Source: an uncultured Spirochaetota bacterium
GTDB taxonomy: Bacteria; Spirochaetota; Brevinematia; Brevinematales; JAOACQ01
Assembly (NCBI GenBank): GCA_963835575.1
Contig: CAWIGG010000002.1
Span: forward strand, 1,664,001-1,728,000
Direction of reading: 5' to 3'
DNA: 64,000 nt
In this document: piece by piece, positions 28,492 to 38,542 of the stretch
How the letters are laid out: each line of letters starts with the position of its first letter
How positions within the stretch are numbered: the stretch's first letter is position 1
Notes under the pieces: generated by a model
The model's input: only the letters and a program-made list of their open reading frames with translations
What the model was told of the DNA's origin: nothing
Database searches by the model: none
Made by a program: the position numbers and the translations under genes

Positions 28492-29799
28492 TTATGCTTC
28501 CTTTCTCATATCAAAAAATATTTGTCTTTTCCTTTTTCCGGAAGGCAGCGTCTTTTTTAATAATTCATCATTATCAATGACTTTCAATTCCGGCACGACC
28601 CTTAATCCCGCCCGGAACTGTTCTTTCAGCTTTTCAAGATCATAATTCTTTTTAGCATTCGACATGACAGCCACCACCCGGTCTTCCCCGAATTCAGCCG
28701 AATAAACTTCCACATAACATCCCGCAAAATCGGGGTTCGCTTCAACAATAGAAACAATTGAATTGGGAAAAACCACCGTTCCTTTGTATTTGAGCATCTG
28801 TGATTTTCTGCCCAGAACGGGAGCGATCCGTTTGGTTGTTCTTCCGCAGGAACAGTTTTCATTAATGATAAACGATATATCCCCTGTTTTGAATCTCATG
28901 AGAGGCATTCCCTGTACGCCTAACGGACTAACAACCACTTCTCCGATTTCGCCGTCAGCCAATTCGTTTCCTTCATCATCGACTATTTCCACATAAATCA
29001 GTTCCGGCCTGAAATGTCCGCCCTGTCTGTGCTGACATTCACAAAAAGTCGATGCCATTTCCGTGGAGGCGTAAGTTGAATAGAGGGGCGCATTCCACAA
29101 TTGTTCAATACGGCTGCTGGATGGAAGAAGGTTCAGCTTTTTATCCCTGATAGGTTCGCCAATCGCTAAAATCCTCTGTACTTTTAAAGCGGCCGGATCC
29201 TCGCCCTCATCAATTGCGTATGCAGCCACATTGGCTAAAACTGAAGGCACTCCAATCAAAACCGTCGGATGATGAATTTTAATAATGTTCCAGATATGCT
29301 GCGAGCCTGACGCCCCGACCCTGATCATATGTGTGCCCAACTTTACACCGCCTAAAAAATACGCCAGTCCTGCCATAAATCCGCGCTCAAGCGCGACACA
29401 GACCGCCATTGTGTCCTCTCTTCTGACTCCGGCAATCTGAAATGCCACCTGCTCATTATATGTCAGACGGTCCAGGTCGCTTTTAGTCAAAAGAAAATTA
29501 ACGGGGGTCGTCCCTTCTGTTGCGGAAGTAAAACAGGTATCAACAATATCCACTTCTGGAACGGCAAGAAAGTCATTATTATATTTTAATAAGTCATCTT
29601 TAAGTGTGAAACCGATTTTTGAAAAATCTTTCAGGGATGTGAATTCTCTAATTGAATTGCCTGATCGTTTTTTATAAAACGGGCTTTCCTTCAGGCAATA
29701 ATTCACCTGCTCAATGAGACAACTCTCCTGCAGCCGGTCAGATTTCTCCCTTTTCTCATATTGAAAATCAAAATCGTCCTGCCATAGCATTTTATTCAT
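28492..29799 (-). CDS. Phenylacetate-CoA-ligase-family aryl-CoA ligase
   Basis: FTSATEG, GEP, YASTE, GMPLMRFKTGD, CSCGRT. Confidence 0.88.
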   Translation of the reverse strand: MNKMLWQDDFDFQYEKREKSDRLQESCLIEQVNYCLKESPFYKKRSGNSIREFTSLKDFSKIGFTLKDDLLKYNNDFLAVPEVDIVDTCFTSATEGTTPVNFLLTKSDLDRLTYNEQVAFQIAGVRREDTMAVCVALERGFMAGLAYFLGGVKLGTHMIRVGASGSQHIWNIIKIHHPTVLIGVPSVLANVAAYAIDEGEDPAALKVQRILAIGEPIRDKKLNLLPSSSRIEQLWNAPLYSTYASTEMASTFCECQHRQGGHFRPELIYVEIVDDEGNELADGEIGEVVVSPLGVQGMPLMRFKTGDISFIINENCSCGRTTKRIAPVLGRKSQMLKYKGTVVFPNSIVSIVEANPDFAGCYVEVYSAEFGEDRVVAVMSNAKKNYDLEKLKEQFRAGLRVVPELKVIDNDELLKKTLPSGKRKRQIFFDMRKEA

Positions 29800-30034
29800 A
29801 GTTCACCTCAGTGAAATAAGCGGTCTGGATTTCCACTCTACCGGAACTTTTCCTTCTTTGTTTTTTTTCATCCCGGCCGTTTCTTGTCCCTGGTATATCA
29901 GCAAAATAAAACATCCGCAATCTTTCACAACTTCTCAAAAAAACCGTGTTCTTACAGTCTTTTGTCAGGTATAATAAAATAGAGTCCCAAGCAAAAACGG
30001 GCTGCCTGGACCAATCCAATAATAATTCAGTCAT
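29792..30034 (-). CDS. Possible small hypothetical protein
   Basis: 80-aa ORF fills the gap between ACP2 and the ligase and overlaps the ligase start; no recognisable motif. Confidence 0.25.
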   Translation of the reverse strand: MTELLLDWSRQPVFAWDSILLYLTKDCKNTVFLRSCERLRMFYFADIPGTRNGRDEKKQRRKSSGRVEIQTAYFTEVNYE

Positions 30035-30065
30035 CCGAATCGAATCTAACTCAATAATGATGGAA

Positions 30066-30326
30066 TTAAGGTCTCTTGGATTCTATATAATTAAGAATAT
30101 CCTGAATACTTCTAATCTTACTGATAACAGGACCGTCATTAGCCCGGTCTATTTTAAAATTAAAAGCTTTTTCCAGCGCTACGATCAAATCCACACTATC
30201 CAGGCTGTCCAATCCCAGCTCATCAAAAATCAAGGCTTCTTTGGCGACTAATTTCTCCTCAATTTCAAATTCATCAACAAAAACCTTTTTTACTTTCTGA
30301 AATATCTCATTTGTTTCCATTATCAT
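30066..30326 (-). CDS. Acyl carrier protein 2
   Basis: LGLDSLDSVDL motif; start could be 30320. Confidence 0.93.
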   Translation of the reverse strand: MIMETNEIFQKVKKVFVDEFEIEEKLVAKEALIFDELGLDSLDSVDLIVALEKAFNFKIDRANDGPVISKIRSIQDILNYIESKRP

Positions 30327-31566
30327 ATCTCCTTAACAATAATATGGAATTTATTCCGCCAAAAGCGAAACTGTCTTTCATAATCAAATTCGGTTTGATA
30401 TCTATAAATTCTCTTAAATAGTTTATTTTTCCGCAATTCTCATCAGGGTTTTTTAAATTTTTTGTTGGAACAAGACGTCCCTTTTCCAGCATCTTGAGGC
30501 AGACAATTAATTCAAGAGCGGCGCTCGCTCCCAAGGTATGGCCAATATGGCCTTTTAAACTGCTGACATAGGGATTATATCCCTTACCATTAAATACAGT
30601 TTCCAGGGCTTTTGATTCTTCACAATCGCCGAGAACCGTCCCGGTGCCATGCGCATTTATATAATCAATTTCTGAAGGAGAAATACCCGATTCTGATAAG
30701 AGCCTCTCAATACCCGCTATCAGTTCTTCTTCCGTCACGCGGGTCATATGTTCCCCGCTGGAAAAAGTACAGAAACCCGCTATTTCCCCAAGGATCTTTG
30801 CCCCTCTCTTTTTTGCGTTTTCCTCGCTCTCAAGGACAAGTGCGCCGCCGCCTTCTCCGCAGACCGTTCCATCTCTATCTTTATCAAACGGCTTTGGAGT
30901 CTCCTCCGGTTTATCATTATAATGAAAAGATGCCGCCTGCAGTAAATCAAAAGTAGCGCTGGTTGTCACATGGAGTTCTTCCGCGCCTCCGCATACCATC
31001 CCTTTCTGCAGGCCGTATTTCACCGCTTCATAGGCTAATCCGATCGATTGCGCCGCTGATGAACAAGCGCTGCAAGGCGACAGTACCCTTCCTTTAACAT
31101 TAAAATAACATGCGATATTTGCTGCTGTGGTATGGGACATAATTTGAAAAAATTGTCCGGATTTAATTGAGGAAAGACTTTTTTCCTGTTTTAACCGGTA
31201 AGCAAAATCATAAATTGATTTGCTGCTCCCTGTTGTTGAGGAAAAAGCCACTCCATAATCTCCCGACATAAAATGCTCTTCTTTTAATCCGGCCATATTG
31301 ACCGCTTCTTCTGCGGACAGGCAGGCAAGTATTGAAGTCCTTCCCATGTTCCTGCGTAAATCGCGGGGTATTCTTTTTTCATTTAAGTCAGCTGTGATCA
31401 CGCCTCCAACTTCGCATAACATGTCAGTAATGCATTCTTTCCAGCTGCTGCCGACATTGATGATACCCGAACGGTTTGAAAACATCCCTTCTGAGAGAGC
31501 CTCAACCCCGATTCCGAATGGGGAAACAGCTCCCATACCGGTTATAACAACTTTATTTTCTTTCAT
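30307..31566 (-). CDS. Beta-ketoacyl-ACP synthase (KS3, FabF-like)
   Basis: SACSSA, PFDKDRDG, NAHGTGT, GHTLGAS, FAFGGIN. Confidence 0.93.
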   Translation of the reverse strand: MKENKVVITGMGAVSPFGIGVEALSEGMFSNRSGIINVGSSWKECITDMLCEVGGVITADLNEKRIPRDLRRNMGRTSILACLSAEEAVNMAGLKEEHFMSGDYGVAFSSTTGSSKSIYDFAYRLKQEKSLSSIKSGQFFQIMSHTTAANIACYFNVKGRVLSPCSACSSAAQSIGLAYEAVKYGLQKGMVCGGAEELHVTTSATFDLLQAASFHYNDKPEETPKPFDKDRDGTVCGEGGGALVLESEENAKKRGAKILGEIAGFCTFSSGEHMTRVTEEELIAGIERLLSESGISPSEIDYINAHGTGTVLGDCEESKALETVFNGKGYNPYVSSLKGHIGHTLGASAALELIVCLKMLEKGRLVPTKNLKNPDENCGKINYLREFIDIKPNLIMKDSFAFGGINSILLLRRYDNGNK

Positions 31567-33017
31567 TGTTTTATTACCTTTGACCAGAATTCATCGGTTT
31601 CACACAGTTCAAAAGCCAGACTGAAAGCGGAAATCATGGATCCCAGGAAACCCGGATAAATTGCCTGCCCCACCAGATACAATCCCCTGATAGGCACTTT
31701 GTGCTGGAATCCAATCGAATTCAATGTTTGTTTAATACCGTATGCCGATCCATTGATTGTCTTGGTATAACGTTCAAAAGACCAGGGTTTCAAATAATCC
31801 AATAATACCGTCTTCCCTTTCAATTCCGGAATTCTGTTATATAATATCTTTTCAATCAATTGGAATTTTTCATCCGCGAGCGTCTTTTTCTCTTCCTCAC
31901 TTGCCGGGGAGCTTCTATCATCATCTGCCATAAAGACGCTGAAAATCATCTTCTCATTTTTTTCACCGGAATGATTTTTAGTTGTACCGACGACAATATT
32001 CAGGCTTTTATCATAACAAACAAAATTCTCAAATGCAATATCTTTACTATTTTCAATCTTAAAAAAAGCGACATACATCCCGATTGTATTTTCCGCTTCT
32101 TCCAGCCGCCGCTTAAAAACCGGACGAAAAGCATTCTCTTTGACTTTGTCTTTTAATAACTTCGGGTTAAATGAGGCAATTATATTCGACGATAAATATT
32201 CCGCGCCGGAAAGCGTTCTTACCCCGATTGCGTTTCTGTTATCGCCTACCAGTATCTCGGAAATTTCCGAGTTGACAAAGAGATCAACGCCATGCTTTGA
32301 AAACTCCCTTTTATAATTCGAAAGCAGTTTATTGATCCCATTTATAGTGAAGAAACCCGGAGACCGGTAGAATCCGCCCAGTACAAAAGCATGCATAACG
32401 AAAGGGACTTCTTCCGCTTTACTCCCGATAAGGATATAGCTCAATGTTCCAAGCATATCAATTAATTCTTGAGAAGCATGGTATCGCTTCAAGCAATCTC
32501 TCAGGGTATAGTTGGCTGTATCCGCAAAACCGCTGTTTTCATTATTTTTACCGGGGAGCAGTGAATGATTGAAATAAAACGACTGCTCATTTACTTCTCT
32601 TAATAATCTTATGTAATTATGAACAGCTTCAGCGCTTTCAGGGAAATAGGAGAGAAGCGCATTCTCCACATTATCAAATCCTTTTGGGATATGATATTCT
32701 TTTGAACCGATAACAATATCGCCGTAGCCATTTTCATTCAATTCTTTTTCAATATTATCAGAAATACCCAGGTATTTTAAGAAAGCAGAAATTGCTTCCC
32801 CATCATCCATCCACCCGCTTATATGCAAACCGGGACTGCATTCACAATCCATTCTTTTATAAGGTCTTATTAATGGAGCTATATCCGAATCCCTCTCAAA
32901 TACTGCGACTTTTTTACCTTCTTTCGCTAAAATTAAAGCGATTGTCAATCCGCTGATGCCCGCCCCAATAACTATTGCTTCATATTTATTTAATAAGCTT
33001 TGATCATCAAACAGCAA
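31563..33017 (-). CDS. Phytoene-dehydrogenase-like FAD oxidoreductase 1
   Basis: IVIGAGISG Rossmann motif; P.SFERYT....GSAYG; GLYLVGQ. Confidence 0.85.
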   Translation of the reverse strand: MLFDDQSLLNKYEAIVIGAGISGLTIALILAKEGKKVAVFERDSDIAPLIRPYKRMDCECSPGLHISGWMDDGEAISAFLKYLGISDNIEKELNENGYGDIVIGSKEYHIPKGFDNVENALLSYFPESAEAVHNYIRLLREVNEQSFYFNHSLLPGKNNENSGFADTANYTLRDCLKRYHASQELIDMLGTLSYILIGSKAEEVPFVMHAFVLGGFYRSPGFFTINGINKLLSNYKREFSKHGVDLFVNSEISEILVGDNRNAIGVRTLSGAEYLSSNIIASFNPKLLKDKVKENAFRPVFKRRLEEAENTIGMYVAFFKIENSKDIAFENFVCYDKSLNIVVGTTKNHSGEKNEKMIFSVFMADDDRSSPASEEEKKTLADEKFQLIEKILYNRIPELKGKTVLLDYLKPWSFERYTKTINGSAYGIKQTLNSIGFQHKVPIRGLYLVGQAIYPGFLGSMISAFSLAFELCETDEFWSKVIKQ

Positions 33018-34213
33018 TTTGTTCCCCCAAATCCGGCTGAATTCAACAACATAATCTTCGGTTTTAAATCAATTGTTTCAGTTGCTATTTTTAAAGGCGG
33101 CGTTCCTTCTTCCTGCTTTGTAAAATTAATATTCGGAGCTATAAATTCCCCTTTAGACATAAGAAGGCCGTAAACCACCTGTGAAGCCCCTGCCATCCAC
33201 ATCTCATGCCCGGCCATCGATTTAATAGATGAAACCCACGGCATATCCTGCCCGAATACATTATAAATCGCCTCAGCTTCTTTGATGTCCCCTATCATTG
33301 TTGAAGTCGCATGCGCGGCAATATAATCAATATCTCCAGCTGAAAGCGCCGAACAATTAATAACGTCCCTTATACAGCGTTCCAATCCCACGCCGGAAGG
33401 CACCGATAATTTGTATCCATCTGAAGAAAAGGAATAACCCAGAATTTCGCCCAGTATATTCGCCCCTCTTTTTTCCGCCAGATCATAACGTTCCAGGGCA
33501 ACAATGGCCGAGCCTCCGCTCGGCACCAGACCATCCCTGGTTTTATCAAACGGGCGGGAAGCCCCGGCCGGATCATCCACTCTCATCGAAAAAGCTTCGG
33601 TGGCATCAAAACTGCACACGGCCTGCCAGTTAATTTCCTGAACCCCGCCGCAAAGAACCCTTTCCTGTCTGCCGCTTGCTATTAAATCGGCGGATTGGCC
33701 GATAGCATGCCCGCCGCTGGCGCAGGCTCCGCTGATTGTCCAGCTTGCGCCCTGAGTCTGTAAAAGCGCATTTAAATTAATAGTAACATGCGAATTAAGA
33801 GACATAAAGACACGAGTGGCCCCGATAGGAAGGGTCCGTTTTTCATTTTTTGTTATTTCTATTGATTCTGATACCGGAATGGCCGTGCTGTCATTCCCCA
33901 ATATTAATCCCGTTTGCGGGCTGATCAGCTCTTCCTGACGCCATCCCGCCTGAGTATAAGCGACTACCGCGGAAGAGTATGCCTGCAAGGCTTCCACTGT
34001 GAGAGTTCTGAGTTGTTTATTTTTTAAATCAGGTTTATTAAATCCCTTGATCTTTCCTGTAAGCGGGCTTCTAAAGCCAAGCTCAATTCTTTCCGGATCT
34101 ATCACAATACCGGAAATGCCCCGGCGGAGAGAATCGGTCACTGTTTGATAATCAGAACCCAGAGTTGATACAATCCCTATTCCGACTATCGCTACTTTAT
34201 ACATAAATTCCAC
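32990..34213 (-). CDS. Beta-ketoacyl-ACP synthase (KS4, FabB-like)
   Basis: [34 protein letters not shown]. Confidence 0.92.
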   Translation of the reverse strand: MEFMYKVAIVGIGIVSTLGSDYQTVTDSLRRGISGIVIDPERIELGFRSPLTGKIKGFNKPDLKNKQLRTLTVEALQAYSSAVVAYTQAGWRQEELISPQTGLILGNDSTAIPVSESIEITKNEKRTLPIGATRVFMSLNSHVTINLNALLQTQGASWTISGACASGGHAIGQSADLIASGRQERVLCGGVQEINWQAVCSFDATEAFSMRVDDPAGASRPFDKTRDGLVPSGGSAIVALERYDLAEKRGANILGEILGYSFSSDGYKLSVPSGVGLERCIRDVINCSALSAGDIDYIAAHATSTMIGDIKEAEAIYNVFGQDMPWVSSIKSMAGHEMWMAGASQVVYGLLMSKGEFIAPNINFTKQEEGTPPLKIATETIDLKPKIMLLNSAGFGGTNCCLMIKAY

Positions 34214-34922
34214 CGTTTACGGCGATAATCTGTCCTGTAATATATGATGCGCCGGGAGAACATAAAAAAGAAACAACCGATGCCACTTCTTCCGGATTAC
34301 CTATTCTTTTCATGGGAATTCTTTTGATAATTTCATCTATGGGCAATCCTTTAATCATCTCCGTTTCTATGAAACCCGGAGCGACAACATTGACCCTGAT
34401 CCCGCGTCCAGCAACTTCAAGGGCCAGCGACTTGCTCGCGCCTATAATTCCTGCCTTGGCCGCAGAATAATTACCCTGCCCCGGCAATCCGCTTTGTCCG
34501 GCGGTGGAAGATATATTGACAATAATACCTTCCCGTTTCTGCAGCATATGAAATAAAACCCTTCTTGTAATATTAAAATAACCTTTAAGAGTTACATCAA
34601 TCACATCCTGCCAATCCTCATCCTTCATCCAGACCAATAATGAATCTCTTGTGATCCCGGCATTATTGACCAGCACATCCGGGACATCCTTTTCCAGCAT
34701 AGGCTGAAGAACTTTTTCCGTTTCCTCGCCTGAAGACACATCAAAAGGAAGCAATAGGCATTCCCTGCCGGCCGTTTCAACTTTTTTCTTTAACACATTC
34801 GCGGCGTCATGATTATTTCTATAATTCGCCCAGATATTATAACCATCTTCAGCTAATTTTAAAGCAATGCTGGCCCCGATTCCGCGGCCAGCTCCGGTAA
34901 TTAAAGCAATTTTTTTTTCCAT
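34197..34922 (-). CDS. fabG: 3-oxoacyl-ACP reductase (cluster-specific FabG)
   Basis: [31 protein letters not shown]. Confidence 0.92.
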   Translation of the reverse strand: MEKKIALITGAGRGIGASIALKLAEDGYNIWANYRNNHDAANVLKKKVETAGRECLLLPFDVSSGEETEKVLQPMLEKDVPDVLVNNAGITRDSLLVWMKDEDWQDVIDVTLKGYFNITRRVLFHMLQKREGIIVNISSTAGQSGLPGQGNYSAAKAGIIGASKSLALEVAGRGIRVNVVAPGFIETEMIKGLPIDEIIKRIPMKRIGNPEEVASVVSFLCSPGASYITGQIIAVNGGIYV

Positions 34923-35120
34923 AACACACTACTTATCTAAGATTTTTCTAAAATCACTATACTGCACAACAAGCTATTTAATTATTTTTAAATTTTTAAG
35001 AAGATGAATTGCGAAATATTTACCTTTTTATGAAAAAAACAGTATATGATTTTTAATTGCAATTATTCTATTTTAAAAGATTCTTTTTTTTATCTTTAGC
35101 GTATGCATCTCCCCGATCCA

Positions 35121-35156
35121 TTTTGTAGAGATGCATGGCCGTGAGTCTCTACAAAA
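35121..35156. repeat. GTAG-type REP-like palindrome
   Basis: TTTTGTAGAGA-TGCATGGCCGTGAG-TCTCTACAAAA. Confidence 0.55.
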
Positions 35157-35526
35157 CGTTGCAGGACTATAAATAAGCTTTGATAAAAGAACCTTTCAAT
35201 CTAGATTTATTATAAACCTTGGACAAAAAAATATCAAATAATGAACTTTAAGCTATTACTTCAAAAACTCTAATTTTTGAACTTCTAATAATTAATATAC
35301 TTTGGACAAACTGTAATTTTGCAATATTTAAAATATATTTTCAACCTATTTAATCCTCAGGGCAAAACAGATCCGGCTGATAATAACTTTGTTCTTTTTA
35401 TTTTATTTTTATCACAACGGTATAATAATCGGCAGTCATTTTTAACATTGAAAGCGGAGAAATCCGTCTTTACCGGAAGAAAAAAGAATCTTTTAACCGC
35501 CGGACTTGATTCTTTCAGCAAAATAA

Positions 35527-37143
35527 TTACTTTAATGAGTCTACTGGGCTTTCCTTTGCCATCTGTTTGAATAGTTTAGCCATTCCAAATTTCAAAATAG
35601 TAGAAACACATAATATTCCCGATATTATCGCTCCTGCAATACCCATCACAGTTACATCCACTCCTGTAAGATATAAACCTTTGATACTCGTTTTCGGCTG
35701 TAAACAATTAAGTTCAAAGCGTTCAGGCGAATGTTCAAGTCCATATATTTCACCATATCTGTAATTGGTAAAATGATTTGTGGATAATGGAGTTGAGACT
35801 TCAGCGTGTACTATATGCCCCTTAATCTGAGGGAATAATTCATACAATTTAGAAAGCATTTTTTGTTTAAACCGGTCTTTTAAGGATTCATAATCCTTAC
35901 CTCTATTCATCCAGGGTCTGTCTTCAAATTCTTTGAACCAATCCAAATTAGATACTCCGATAGCCTGAATCGTTGAAGTGTCCTTATGATCTTCATCCCA
36001 TAATGGATCTTTAGCCGATGGAAATGAAATATAGGCAAAATGCAGTTTTTCATTCTCATTTTTCAACGCCTTTTTGAACATCTCATCAATAGAATATTTT
36101 TCATAAAACCAGACATTGTACTTTGGCAATTTTAAGCCGGCAGCAGATCGATCCAATCCCAGATAAAGACATAAATGCGAATGCGACGGTTTTACATTTT
36201 TAAGTTTTTCTGCCCATGGTTTATTCAAATTATTTTTGAGTAAATAATTATAGGTGTTGTAAACTCCGGCGTTACTGATTATATTTTTGAAGGCAATGAA
36301 TTTATCATTCACAATAATTCCCTGCACTTTATTTTTTTTAACAATAATTTCAGTAACCTCGGCATTCACAAAAACTTTTCCTCCAAGACCATTTAAAACT
36401 TCGATCATGCTCCGGCATATCTTATCTGATCCGCCCGCCGGATAATAGCCTCCTTCAATGAAGTGATTTACCACAAGGGCATGTGCGGCAAAACTGCTCT
36501 CTTTGGGCGGCAAACCATAATCGCCGCATTGAGCGCATAATACATTGATTAATTTAACATTATCCGTTAATCCGCTTAAAACCTGATATGTGGTTTTTGA
36601 AGAGAATTCATTGAATGCTTTTCTGAATATTCTACCTAAAGTATGTTTTAAGAAAAAAGGGAATACTTTCTGAATAAAAAACAAATTACCTTTCCCCGAC
36701 ACTTTTTCTATCAGCTTAAAGTACCTGTCAATGGCCTCTTTATCCTTCGGAAAATAGGAATGTAATTGATCTATGATTTTGTCCTTCCCGCTTGTTAAAT
36801 AGTATTCCTTTTTCCCGAAAATTATTTTGTCATAGACGTTTCCCATGTTTTCCCATTTTAATTTATTGTTTGTAAGGGAATCAGATAATTTTCTGAGCGG
36901 AGAATCCTCTTTCATATTTCCAACATAATGCACACCGACATCCCATACAAAACCATTTTTTCGCTTGAATGTATGAGAAAATCCCCCGGGGACATAATGC
37001 CTTTCCAGTACAACAACTTTTTTCCCTGTTCTGGCTAAAAACTGCGCGGCTGTCAATCCCCCAATACCGGAGCCTATTATTATAAAATCTGTTTCACTAA
37101 AGTTATATCGGGAATCAAAATTATTATATAGCTTTTCAGACAT
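35527..37143 (-). CDS. Phytoene-dehydrogenase/retinol-saturase-like FAD oxidoreductase 2
   Basis: IIGSGIGG, ERHYVPGGFSHTF, WDVGVHYVG, YISFPSAKDP, STPLST.HF...GEIYGL. Confidence 0.88.
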   Translation of the reverse strand: MSEKLYNNFDSRYNFSETDFIIIGSGIGGLTAAQFLARTGKKVVVLERHYVPGGFSHTFKRKNGFVWDVGVHYVGNMKEDSPLRKLSDSLTNNKLKWENMGNVYDKIIFGKKEYYLTSGKDKIIDQLHSYFPKDKEAIDRYFKLIEKVSGKGNLFFIQKVFPFFLKHTLGRIFRKAFNEFSSKTTYQVLSGLTDNVKLINVLCAQCGDYGLPPKESSFAAHALVVNHFIEGGYYPAGGSDKICRSMIEVLNGLGGKVFVNAEVTEIIVKKNKVQGIIVNDKFIAFKNIISNAGVYNTYNYLLKNNLNKPWAEKLKNVKPSHSHLCLYLGLDRSAAGLKLPKYNVWFYEKYSIDEMFKKALKNENEKLHFAYISFPSAKDPLWDEDHKDTSTIQAIGVSNLDWFKEFEDRPWMNRGKDYESLKDRFKQKMLSKLYELFPQIKGHIVHAEVSTPLSTNHFTNYRYGEIYGLEHSPERFELNCLQPKTSIKGLYLTGVDVTVMGIAGAIISGILCVSTILKFGMAKLFKQMAKESPVDSLK

Positions 37144-37291
37144 ATAAACACATTATAAAACCCATCCCGGTTACTTAAACTTATTATAGGAAAATAATAA
37201 AAGTATATCTCCTTTTAAAGAAGCGGGCAACAATATAGTCAGATTCCTATCAATATATTCTAATTCCTGAATTTTTGGAACTGAAATTTAT

Positions 37292-38158
37292 CTAAAAGTC
37301 AAAGCTGATCCTGAACGCGCAGCCAATTTCAAACCAATCAATATTGTCAGCCGCTTCGGTATATTTTACGGTTTTATTCTGGGCAAATATATCCAATCCG
37401 CATCCGAAATGATTATACTCAAAAAGAACCCCAATACCGCCTATGTAACCAATCCCGGTCGCGGGCCCGGTATACCAATGAATGGTTTCGCTGGCTGATG
37501 CCTCTGCAAGACTCTTATAGTCGCTTGAAAGATCGAAAGTAGTAAAGTTCGGCCCCGCAAAAAAGCGGACAGCCAGGCCCATGAAACGATCGTCCCGGTT
37601 AATAAACGGCTTGAAAGGAATACGGGCTATCAGCATTGCTTTAGCCGTACCACCATAGCCGAATAAAAGAGAACTATATCCTTTAGGGAAACTTACCGAT
37701 ATTGCATAATAATCGTAACTTAAAGATATACCTACGTACTTTAAGAAATACCAATCAATACCAATTCCGGCACTTATACTGCCAATGGATTCTGGTGTAG
37801 GACTAAAACCCCAGTGAATTGAATCATACATTTTTCCGCTTATCAGATAATCAGAACAAATATTAATAAAAATGGAAACATCTTTAAATGAATTGCCGCC
37901 GGTTTTCAAAGGTTCATTAGTTCCCACTGTTTGAGCCTGTGCGGATGTTGAGTCGGAACTATCAGCTGTTGAAGCGGCTTCATTCAAAGCAAGTAAAATG
38001 GGATAGTCATTTCCTCTTTCTCCTTCAATGACAAAGGCAGGATCTTCTTTTTGGATGAACTTGCCGTCAATCGCCGTCCCTTCATTCAAATTACAGGTCT
38101 TCGCTGACACTGTGCCCGCAATAATGATCATTGCAAGCAGTAAAGTGAAGTGTTTCAT
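37292..38158 (-). CDS. Exported protein, probable outer-membrane beta-barrel
   Basis: Signal peptide; amphipathic strands; C-terminal Phe. Confidence 0.55.
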   Translation of the reverse strand: MKHFTLLLAMIIIAGTVSAKTCNLNEGTAIDGKFIQKEDPAFVIEGERGNDYPILLALNEAASTADSSDSTSAQAQTVGTNEPLKTGGNSFKDVSIFINICSDYLISGKMYDSIHWGFSPTPESIGSISAGIGIDWYFLKYVGISLSYDYYAISVSFPKGYSSLLFGYGGTAKAMLIARIPFKPFINRDDRFMGLAVRFFAGPNFTTFDLSSDYKSLAEASASETIHWYTGPATGIGYIGGIGVLFEYNHFGCGLDIFAQNKTVKYTEAADNIDWFEIGCAFRISFDF

Positions 38159-38542
38159 TTTATACCCTCCTGTGAAAATTACAGTTGATAATCAACAAAC
38201 TTTGGAACTTCGTTCATTATTCGGATTCCAAGGGCCGCTGTTTATGCTTCCAATACTCCATATGGCTGCGCCGTATACCTTTACTAAAAGTCCTATTTGC
38301 CATACAGTTCCAAAACCTGTTGTGTGGTTCGGCATGCTTGCTTCTCGAGCAGCGCCGGGGAACACCAAACAAGTTTATTGAACCAGCCGGGTTATTGGAG
38401 TTGCATATAATTAATATACCCCGCCAACACGAACAATTTGAAATATTTGAAAAATATATTTTTAACAATTCAATCCGGGGGCTGATAATGTTTTATTCGT
38501 TTAGGCGCATCAGTCCGGTAATAAACAACACCTCATACCGGC

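Noticed and set aside
17728..37143. Calling the cluster a true ladderane or flexirubin pathway
   Set aside because: Only gene-content resemblance; no DarA/DarB-like genes seen, and ladderane enzymology cannot be inferred from sequence
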